DNA from: Clostridia bacterium 41_269
Lineage (GTDB): Bacteria > Bacillota > DTU086
Assembly (NCBI GenBank): GCA_001508005.1
Contig: LGEZ01000005.1
Span: 10,150 to 74,149 of the forward strand
Length of the DNA stretch: 64,000 nt
Direction of reading: 5' to 3'
Of this stretch, positions 13,189 to 21,061 are shown one piece after another. The notes below the pieces were generated by a model that did no database searches, was not told where the DNA came from, and was given only the letters and a program-made list of their open reading frames with translations. Both the position numbers and the translations under genes were made by a program. How positions within the stretch are numbered: the stretch's first letter is position 1; every line of letters begins with the position of its first letter.

Positions 13189-14762
13189 ACAAAAAAGAAG
13201 CATCAAATGGTAATAGTAAAGAAACTTCTGTCTTCTGGGCGGTTGCCGTCTTGGTGGTGCTCATAGGGCCTTTTATGGCGATTCTGGATTCAAGCATAGT
13301 GAATGTCGCCATCCCAACGATAATGCATGTATTCAACACCAACACCTCAACCGTTGAGTGGGTGGTAACAATCTACATGCTGGCGCTGGGAGTGGTTGTG
13401 CCCCTGAGCAGCTGGCTTGGAAACCGCCTGGGTCTTAAAACCCTTTACATTCTATCCCTTTCCGTTTTTACTCTGGGCTCTATGCTCTGTGCCTTCAGCT
13501 GGAACATAACCTCCCTAATTGTATCAAGAGTAGTCCAGGCCATAGGTGGAGGCATGATTATGCCCACAACCATGTCCATGATTTACAGCCTTGTTCCCAG
13601 GGAAAGATTTGGAAGCGCTATGGGTATCTTCGGCATAGCCCTTATGGTAGCTCCAGCCATCGGACCCACTTTAGGAGGCTATTTGGTGGAATATGTAAAC
13701 TGGCGGTGGATATTTACCATAAACCTTCCCATAGGGATACTGGGCATACTCCTGGCATATCTTATCCTTTCAGAATTTCCAAGGAGCAAAGCGGGAAAAC
13801 TCGATGTCGGCGGGGCCTTAACTGCTGGAACGGGGCTTTTCTGCCTTCTTCTGGCACTGAATAAAGGAAATGACTGGGGCTGGGGTTCGGAAAAAATCGT
13901 CCTGCTGTTATACACAAGCGCCGTATCCCTTGGTCTTTTTGTCTTTCTTGAGCTTACCTGCGAAAACCCCCTGCTGGATCTCAGGGTTTTCCGCTACCCA
14001 ACCTTCACCCTTGCCAATTTAATGCTGGTAATAGTAACAATCTGCTTAAACGCGGGGGTATTCTATGTGCCCCTCTTTCTGCAGAACATAAGGGGACTGG
14101 GAGCTATGAAAACGGGGCTTCTCATGATGCCCGCTGCTCTTGTTTCGGGGCTCATGATGCCCATCGCAGGCAGACTTTTTGACCGCACAGGGCCAAGGGC
14201 AGTATCCATAGCGGGCCTGTTAATCCTTGCCTATACCACATTTCTCTTTCACAGGCTTGACTTAAACACTCCCTTTTCTGTTATCCAGCTGTGGCTGGTA
14301 ATGCGAAGCGTGGGAATGTCCCTGGGCATGATGCCTCCCCAGACCGCTGCCATTTCGTCAGTCCCGCCTCATCTGGTGGGGCAGGCATCGGCGATCAACA
14401 ACATTATTTCCCGGGTATCGGGGTCATTCGGCATAGCCATTCTAACTTCAATTTTAAACAAAAGGCAGAATCTCCACAGTGCAGTTCTGGCGGCAAATAT
14501 TTCCCCTTACAACCCGGCAGTTGAAGCATTTTTCCGCCAGGTGGAAAGCAGGCTTGGAGCAGGAGCAGCTTCAACCGCAGAGGCCAGAAGCCTCGCCCTT
14601 GCTTATCTGCAGGGTGCGGTCTCCAAAATGTCCTTCGTCAAAGCGCTGGATGATATTTTCGTAATTATGACAGTAATTGTTGTTTTCGCCTTAATTCCCG
14701 CACTATTTATCAGAAAGGGCAGCGGGAGTGAAAGGACGCATGGAGTTCCTTCAATAGAATAA
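13185..14762 (+). CDS. MFS transporter, DHA2 (EmrB/QacA) drug:H+ antiporter family, 14 TMS
   Basis: 525 aa. 4-nt overlap with marR. Conserved DHA2 motifs (GxLxDRxGxR-like, GPxLGG). Confidence 0.9.
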   Translation: MNKKEASNGNSKETSVFWAVAVLVVLIGPFMAILDSSIVNVAIPTIMHVFNTNTSTVEWVVTIYMLALGVVVPLSSWLGNRLGLKTLYILSLSVFTLGSMLCAFSWNITSLIVSRVVQAIGGGMIMPTTMSMIYSLVPRERFGSAMGIFGIALMVAPAIGPTLGGYLVEYVNWRWIFTINLPIGILGILLAYLILSEFPRSKAGKLDVGGALTAGTGLFCLLLALNKGNDWGWGSEKIVLLLYTSAVSLGLFVFLELTCENPLLDLRVFRYPTFTLANLMLVIVTICLNAGVFYVPLFLQNIRGLGAMKTGLLMMPAALVSGLMMPIAGRLFDRTGPRAVSIAGLLILAYTTFLFHRLDLNTPFSVIQLWLVMRSVGMSLGMMPPQTAAISSVPPHLVGQASAINNIISRVSGSFGIAILTSILNKRQNLHSAVLAANISPYNPAVEAFFRQVESRLGAGAASTAEARSLALAYLQGAVSKMSFVKALDDIFVIMTVIVVFALIPALFIRKGSGSERTHGVPSIE

Positions 14763-14798
14763 AAAAGGATAAACAGGCTGTCTACAAACCATCGGAAA

Positions 14799-15617
14799 GT
14801 GCTTCTGCTGCCATTTGTGAATTCAGGAGTAAGCAAAGGCAGCAGAGGCAACTTTGTCAACAAACTGGACAAAAAGCCTACAAGGGGTGACATTAACTTG
14901 AATATTGAAAAATTAAAGGAGAACAGACGTAAAGTGGTGGTACTGGTCCTGATAGTATCCGTCCTTGGAGCCGGGGCAATTGCGGGCTACTACTATTACA
15001 ACAGTGTCAATTATATCATCACGGAAGATGCAAGGGTTTCCGCAGACACGGTTACCATAGTTCCAGAAACCACTGGGCGCCTTCTGGAGTGGAACGCAGA
15101 AGAAAGCGACAGGGTGGAATCGGGCCAGCTGCTGGGACGCCTGGATCTGACACCTTCTCTGGCATCCCTTGCTTCAGATCCTGAGTCTCTCCAGAAAGCC
15201 GGAAGCATAATGGCTCAAAAAGCCGAAATAAGGGCACCCATTAGCGGAGAAATCATACAGTCCAAAGCGGTGGTAGGATCACTGGTGGGACCCAGTACAG
15301 CCCTGGCAGTTGTGGCCGATACCGATCATGCATACATATCCGCCAACATCAAGGAAACAAAAATAGGGCGGGTGAAGGTAGGGCAGAAGGTTCAGGTTAA
15401 AATCGATGCCTATCCCAATAAGGTCTTCTACGGCAGAGTTGCCAGTATAGGAAAAGCAACCACTTCAACATTTTCATTATTACCAAGCCAGAATTCCGGA
15501 GAGAACTACATAAAGGTTACTCAGGTAATTCCTGTAAAAATCGTCTTAACCGAGGGGGATAATAAAGGCCTTATGCCGGGTATGAATGCAACGGTAAAAA
15601 TATATTTAAAATCATAA
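14799..15617 (+). CDS. HlyD/EmrA-family membrane fusion protein (short form)
   Basis: 272 aa. N-terminal TM anchor, then beta-barrel/lipoyl motifs. The start may be an internal TTG/GTG. Confidence 0.75.
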   Translation: MLLLPFVNSGVSKGSRGNFVNKLDKKPTRGDINLNIEKLKENRRKVVVLVLIVSVLGAGAIAGYYYYNSVNYIITEDARVSADTVTIVPETTGRLLEWNAEESDRVESGQLLGRLDLTPSLASLASDPESLQKAGSIMAQKAEIRAPISGEIIQSKAVVGSLVGPSTALAVVADTDHAYISANIKETKIGRVKVGQKVQVKIDAYPNKVFYGRVASIGKATTSTFSLLPSQNSGENYIKVTQVIPVKIVLTEGDNKGLMPGMNATVKIYLKS

Positions 15618-15717
15618 ACCGAACAGAGTATGTTATGACTCAAATCAACACTTTTTTAACACTGCACCCTTTACAAATCTCAAGGTTTTTTCACATACAG
15701 AAGGGAGATGAATCAGG

Positions 15718-16962
15718 ATGAAAAGAGATGCAAAAAAGAGCATAGGTCTTCTCCTGTCCCTGCTAATTGTTCTCGGGGCCTCTGCCTGCAGTTTAGGAAA
15801 GGCTGAAGGTTCAGGAGAAATCATTGAAGTAAAAACAGCCGCCGCCGAAAAGGGAAGAGCCCAAAAAACCGTAGAGGTAACAGGTTCCCTTCTACCATCC
15901 AGAACAGTTGATATTGAAAGCAAGCTTACGGGCAGGGTAAGCAGTGTCCTGTGTGATGTGGGAGATAAAGTTCAGGCGGGGCAGCTGCTGCTCCAAGTAG
16001 ACGCAAAGGAACTTAAAGCCCAGTTTGAACAGGCTGCTGCCTCAGTGGAGCAGGCAGAACAGCAGGCAGGCCTCGCAAAGATTAATATTGAAACAGCAAA
16101 ACTTCAGCAGGAAACTGCGAGAATAGCAATGGAAAGGGCAAAACTGGAAAAGGAAAACGCACAGAAAAATTACAACCGCATTAAAACCCTTGCTGAAGCT
16201 GGGGTAGTATCCCAGAGTCAGTTAGAGGAAGCTGAGCTAAAACTTCAGCAGGCCCAAAAACAGTATGAAACAGCAGTTAGACAGTACAGGCTTGCTGAGA
16301 AACAGAAAGCCAGCGCAGAGAAGCAGTATGCCATCGCATCAGGTCCCGGCATTGCCCAGGCAGAAGCAGCAAAAAATGTAATAAAGGCACAGCTGGACAA
16401 CACCAGGATAACCTGTCCCATAACCGGTATCGTAACCAACAGATATATAAATCCCGGGGAGCTTGCCACCACAGGAGCAGCTCTACTTACAGTTGCTGAT
16501 ACTTCCTCACTAAAACTGAAGGGTACGGTAAAAGAAGACGTAATTCCATACCTACATCTGGGGCAGAAGGTCAGGATAGAAACGGACGCCCTTCCAGGTA
16601 GAGTTTATCACGGAAGAATAACTGAAATTGGGCCCCTGGCGGAATCCACAGGTCAGCTCTTTCCCCTTGAAGTTGCCGTTGACAATCCAGGACAGCTGAT
16701 GCCGGGAATGACTGCAAGGGCAGTAATTACCTTTAAAGGACCTGAAGGCATAGTGGTACCCCTTTCAGCTGTCAAAAATGAGAAGGGTAAAAACTATGTT
16801 TTCGTTATTGATGACAGGGACAGGGTTAAAAGAAAGGAAATTAAGCTGGGCTTCAAAGGTGATAAGGAAGCCGTTGTACTGAAGGGAATAAAACCAGGAG
16901 ACAGGGTCGCAGCTTCAAATATTGATCTTTTAAGGGATGGAATGCGAGTAAAGGATGTTTAG
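15718..16962 (+). CDS. efflux membrane fusion protein (periplasmic adaptor), lipoprotein
   Basis: 414 aa. Lipobox LGASAC, a long A/Q/E-rich coiled coil, and C-terminal beta-barrel domains. Confidence 0.85.
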   Translation: MKRDAKKSIGLLLSLLIVLGASACSLGKAEGSGEIIEVKTAAAEKGRAQKTVEVTGSLLPSRTVDIESKLTGRVSSVLCDVGDKVQAGQLLLQVDAKELKAQFEQAAASVEQAEQQAGLAKINIETAKLQQETARIAMERAKLEKENAQKNYNRIKTLAEAGVVSQSQLEEAELKLQQAQKQYETAVRQYRLAEKQKASAEKQYAIASGPGIAQAEAAKNVIKAQLDNTRITCPITGIVTNRYINPGELATTGAALLTVADTSSLKLKGTVKEDVIPYLHLGQKVRIETDALPGRVYHGRITEIGPLAESTGQLFPLEVAVDNPGQLMPGMTARAVITFKGPEGIVVPLSAVKNEKGKNYVFVIDDRDRVKRKEIKLGFKGDKEAVVLKGIKPGDRVAASNIDLLRDGMRVKDV

Positions 16963-17537
16963 CGGGTTCTTTCAGCCTTTCCAGGCAGCGTGTAAAGGAT
17001 CTCAACACTGAATCTTCTTGAGCAGCGCCGAATCATTTTAAATACCCTATCACCAAAGAGATAGTAAAAGATGCCGTTTCCCAGGGCATGGGCAGTATCA
17101 AACCAGAAGCTGGCAGCAAAAACTCCAAGGAGAGTTTTAAGATTTAAAGGTTCAACGAAAGCTGCCCAGTACCAGAGGTCGATGATCCAGCCGAAGAGGT
17201 ATCCCCAGAGAAAGGAAAAAGCAGTCATGCTTTTCCTGCCCATTTCAGGGAAAAGCCTTTTCATCATGCCCGCTGACATCCCGGCAAGCCCCCAGGACAG
17301 CATCTGCCATAGGGTCCACGGTCCCTGCCCGAGAAAAATATTGGAAACAAAAGCAGCAGTAGACCCCACCATAAATCCCGCCCTGCTGCCCAGGGCCCTG
17401 CCGGAAACGATAACCAAAAAGGTGGTGGGCTGAACACCCGGAATAAAGGCAAAAGGAAGGCGTCCTACTGCTGCAGCTGCGGCAAGCACTGCCACAAGAG
17501 CGATTTCTTTAGAAGAAGCAGCACCCTTTTCAAACAT
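16959..17537 (-). CDS. ECF transporter S (substrate-capture) component, candidate cobalamin-specific (CbrT-like)
   Basis: 192 aa, about 6 TM. IPGVQPTTFLVIVSGRALG matches the conserved S-component PxxPITLQT...AG..LG region. It is the last gene of the riboswitch-led operon. Confidence 0.65.
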   Translation of the reverse strand: MFEKGAASSKEIALVAVLAAAAAVGRLPFAFIPGVQPTTFLVIVSGRALGSRAGFMVGSTAAFVSNIFLGQGPWTLWQMLSWGLAGMSAGMMKRLFPEMGRKSMTAFSFLWGYLFGWIIDLWYWAAFVEPLNLKTLLGVFAASFWFDTAHALGNGIFYYLFGDRVFKMIRRCSRRFSVEILYTLPGKAERTR

Positions 17538-17706
17538 CAGGTAAAAAACACCAGGGAAGCTGCCGCAGCAAAAATAAGCATGAGCCCAGGATTCTGGGCT
17601 TTAATATTTATCCGCACCATCAGAAAAACCGTTAAAAAAACCGCTGCTCCTGTAAATATCTTCTTATAAACAGACTCCACGTCTCTACCTCCCTTTTCGT
17701 TCCCCT

Positions 17707-19392
17707 TCATCCGGCACTGGAAATGATGGGACCGAGCACTTCCAGAGCCTCCTCTACCGTTGTGATCCCCTCTGCAAAGCCCCGGCACAGCTTCCCCATC
17801 TGAGTTGAATAAAAAAGGGAGCGGCTGAAAACTTCCCGTGCTTCTCCATCGCACACCTTCTCTCCACCGTGAATGATCACTGCTCTTTGTGCAAACTGGG
17901 AAGCAAACTCCACATCATGGGTGGCCATCATTACCGTAATTCCCTGTTCTTTAAGCTCTACCAGAAAATTTCCCAGCTTCATCTTTAAAAACCAGTCAAG
18001 ACCCCTGGTGGGCTCATCCAGAAGGAGAAGGGAAGGACGGAGAACCAGCACCGAAGCCAGGGCTGCCCTCTGCTGCTCTCCACTGCTCAAATCCCTGGGG
18101 TTGGCTTTTCGGCATGCATCAAGTCCCAGCTTTTTCAGAAGGTAATCCACTATGCCGTCATCCTTTAACCCAAAATTTTTCAGAGTAAAGAGGAGTTCCT
18201 CCTCCACGGTGTCCCTGAAAAGATAATCGCTGGGATTCTGGGAAAGGTATGCCACACCTCCGGGAAAAGAGAAGGTGGGGTTCTGGGCCTTTTTTTCCTG
18301 ACTGCAGTGGAATTCCACTCTTCCCTTACTGGGCGCAGCCAATCTCGCCATGACCCTCAAAAGGGTGGTTTTGCCCGCACCGTTTTCTCCAAGAACAGCC
18401 GCAAATTCCCCCATGTCCAATTTAAGGTCTATTCCCTCCAGAGCCCGCCTGCCGTTGGGGTAAATAAAGGAAACATTTTTTAGCTCCATGAGCCTTCCTT
18501 TCTCGCAGGAGAAATTCTCAGCAAAAGTTTTCCCTTTAATTTCCGCCGGAAGACTTTTTCCGTCAAGCCTTTCCTTAAGCACCCTGCGCCCTTCCTTAAC
18601 AGTAAGGGGCACCGGGGAAATGCCCAGCTCGTAAAAGAATCGGCACACGGGAGGAATTAAAACAAGCCCTTCTTTAGGGCACCTCTTTACCATTTCCTGG
18701 GGAGTACCGCAGAACAAAGCCCTACCTCCATCCATAAAAAGTACCCTGTCCGCCAGATGAAGACACCTTTCCAGCCTCTGCTCAATTAAAATCACCGTAA
18801 TACCCAGTTCCTCGTTTATACGCTTAATAAGGTTCAATATTTCCTCTGCCGAAGGAGGATCCAGCTGGGATGTAGGTTCATCAAAAATGAGGACCCTGGG
18901 CTCCATGGCAAGGACCGACGATATGACCAGCTTCTGCTTGATTCCTCCAGAAAGCTCAGAGGTGGGAACATCCTTCACCGCTGTAAGCCCCATAAAGGCC
19001 ATTACTTCAGCTATGCGGCGCCCCATTACATCCCGGGAAAGCCCAAGATTTTCTAAACCGAAGGATATTTCTGCTTCCACCTCCGTCATCACCAGCTGAT
19101 TTTCTGGGTCCTGGAAGACCATTCCTATTTCTCCCGGGGGCACCCTCCTGCGGTCCCTTATCATATCAATGCCCCGATAAAAAACACTGCCCCCTATTCT
19201 ACCACCATAAAAATCAAGGAGCAGCCCTGCCAAAAGCTTTGCCAGGGTGGACTTTCCGGACCCCGATCCTCCTATTATAAGGAAAAATTCCCCCTCGAAA
19301 ATGGACAGATCAATGTCCTCAAGGGCCGGCACACTTCTTTCCGGATAAAAATAAGTCAAATTTTCGATCTCAAATAATGCCATCTCTCCCAC
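17707..19392 (-). CDS. ECF transporter ATPase, fused EcfA-EcfA' (two ABC domains)
   Basis: 561 aa. Two Walker A motifs (GGSGSGKST and GENGAGKTT), two LSGG signatures and two H-loops. Confidence 0.9.
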   Translation of the reverse strand: MGEMALFEIENLTYFYPERSVPALEDIDLSIFEGEFFLIIGGSGSGKSTLAKLLAGLLLDFYGGRIGGSVFYRGIDMIRDRRRVPPGEIGMVFQDPENQLVMTEVEAEISFGLENLGLSRDVMGRRIAEVMAFMGLTAVKDVPTSELSGGIKQKLVISSVLAMEPRVLIFDEPTSQLDPPSAEEILNLIKRINEELGITVILIEQRLERCLHLADRVLFMDGGRALFCGTPQEMVKRCPKEGLVLIPPVCRFFYELGISPVPLTVKEGRRVLKERLDGKSLPAEIKGKTFAENFSCEKGRLMELKNVSFIYPNGRRALEGIDLKLDMGEFAAVLGENGAGKTTLLRVMARLAAPSKGRVEFHCSQEKKAQNPTFSFPGGVAYLSQNPSDYLFRDTVEEELLFTLKNFGLKDDGIVDYLLKKLGLDACRKANPRDLSSGEQQRAALASVLVLRPSLLLLDEPTRGLDWFLKMKLGNFLVELKEQGITVMMATHDVEFASQFAQRAVIIHGGEKVCDGEAREVFSRSLFYSTQMGKLCRGFAEGITTVEEALEVLGPIISSAG

Positions 19393-20294
19393 CCCCAGCC
19401 CATAAACAAGGGAACAATCAGAAAAAACATGATCCCGAAGAAAAAATAAAGGGTTTCTGGAACAGATACAAGCTCCATAAGCCTGGGATAATATGAAAAG
19501 CTTCCTTTGCCGGTATTTACAGCCAAAACCGAAAGCAGCAGCGCCAAAACAGAACAGCCTCCGGTTAAAATATCCCTGGGCCGCACTCTCTCCCGCCTGT
19601 AAACACTCTTTCTTTTTCCCCTGTATCCCCTGGCTTCCATAGCTTCTGCCAGGGTAAAGGAATCCTCTAGAGAAAAACTCAACAGGGTGTCCAGCACCAA
19701 CATATATTTCTCAGCCCTTTCTTTAAGGCCGCCCTCTCCAACATCCACTCCCCTTATAATCAGGGCTTCCCTTATTCCCTCAAGCCTCCTTATAGTACCG
19801 GGAAGAAGTCTTAAAGCCAGTGAAACCACAAGGACAGATTTAGAGGCAGAAAAAGATACCGCCCGAAGAAGCCGGTCAGGGTGAACCATGACATTAAAAA
19901 GAAAAAAAATTCCAAGAACGGTAAGGAGCCTTATTCCCATGGCAGCTCCAAAGCACAGGGCTTCAAGGGTGAATATTACTCTTTCCCCAAAGGGGAGCCT
20001 GGGGCTCTGCCACAGCACTGTTTCTCCAGAACCTGCTCCCAAAAAATTTACCAGCATTATAAGCAGTGCCATGACAGTCCCCGGTTTAAGGAAGATTTCC
20101 AAATCCTCAAGCCCCCCAGTTAAAGCCGCAGCCAGAACAATCACCAAAGAAAGCCCCAAAAGATACAGGGGATGGCTGAAAATAAGGGCCATAACCAGCA
20201 TGGAAAATAGGTACAAAGCGGCAGCCCCGGGATGCAGACTCTGAAAAAATAAATTCCCTTTTTTAAAATTAAACTGGTATGGGTATCCATTCAT
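19356..20294 (-). CDS. ECF transporter transmembrane T component (CbiQ/EcfT family)
   Basis: 312 aa polytopic protein. Overlaps the ATPase start. Typical EcfT coupling-helix region (ARGYRGKRKS...). Confidence 0.85.
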   Translation of the reverse strand: MNGYPYQFNFKKGNLFFQSLHPGAAALYLFSMLVMALIFSHPLYLLGLSLVIVLAAALTGGLEDLEIFLKPGTVMALLIMLVNFLGAGSGETVLWQSPRLPFGERVIFTLEALCFGAAMGIRLLTVLGIFFLFNVMVHPDRLLRAVSFSASKSVLVVSLALRLLPGTIRRLEGIREALIIRGVDVGEGGLKERAEKYMLVLDTLLSFSLEDSFTLAEAMEARGYRGKRKSVYRRERVRPRDILTGGCSVLALLLSVLAVNTGKGSFSYYPRLMELVSVPETLYFFFGIMFFLIVPLFMGWGWERWHYLRSKI

Positions 20295-20328
20295 AAATCT
20301 CAGCTTCTTTCCTGGTTTTCATAGAACC

Positions 20329-21033
20329 TTAAGGCTTTAAAGAATCCCATGACGGACCCCGAAAGTTACTGCCCGCACTGTACCACCATATAATTTTATC
20401 TCCCCCTTTAACGGACATCTTACCAGCAGAAATGCTGGGAATTCTATCATTCACCTTGTACATCCATCCGCTCATCCCCTCATTTTTCTGCCCTTCCACC
20501 GATGTTACAAAGTCTCCATAGAGGGGGCTTATGGTAAAACTTAATCCTGTAGCTTCCAAGGCACCCAGAGCCGTGATCCCCCACCTGCTGTTTTCATTTA
20601 AGGTTACGAAGGAAGGACCAAAAAGCAGCTCGCCATTTTTTCCTACCACAGCAATCCAGACTTTTGTACCGCCTGATTTTTCTGCATCCTTTAGGTCCCT
20701 TTTTTGCTCTGAAAAATCTTTTTTCTGCTGCCCCTCTTTACTTCCAAAACCCTCTTTGCTTCTGCTCTCGTGCCCCGCAGTGCTTCCGCTGCTTTCCCTT
20801 TTATCCTCAAAAGAGGCTTGGTCTCTTTCTGAAACTTCATTTCCTTGGGCAGTTACTTTTTCTTCTGGCTTTTCTTCATCTACAGAAGCAGGTTTCTGAA
20901 CTTCCTTTAAAGTCAAGGAGTTCTTTAAATCATCAGAAGAAACTCCGTTAAAATGGCTGTATAGGGGAGGGCCCAAAAGGGCCAGCACCAGCACCAAAAA
21001 CGCAGCAAAGTAATGCCACCTTTTTTTGAACAT
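20329..21033 (-). CDS. signal-anchored DUF4430 (transcobalamin beta-domain-like) protein
   Basis: 234 aa. N-terminal hydrophobic anchor, a long E/K/S-rich linker, and a C-terminal block (GWMYKVNDRIPSISAGKMSVKGGDKIIWWYS) nearly identical to a block in the upstream 863-aa protein. Confidence 0.7.
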   Translation of the reverse strand: MFKKRWHYFAAFLVLVLALLGPPLYSHFNGVSSDDLKNSLTLKEVQKPASVDEEKPEEKVTAQGNEVSERDQASFEDKRESSGSTAGHESRSKEGFGSKEGQQKKDFSEQKRDLKDAEKSGGTKVWIAVVGKNGELLFGPSFVTLNENSRWGITALGALEATGLSFTISPLYGDFVTSVEGQKNEGMSGWMYKVNDRIPSISAGKMSVKGGDKIIWWYSAGSNFRGPSWDSLKP

Positions 21034-21061
21034 CCCTCAAACCTGCCTTCCTGCAGTTTTT

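Noticed and set aside
17537-17854. 105-aa minus-strand ORF overlapping the ecfAA' 3' end
   Set aside because: Its upstream two-thirds overlap the ATPase gene in another frame. Only the short hydrophobic tail in the intergenic gap might be real (reported separately at low interest).
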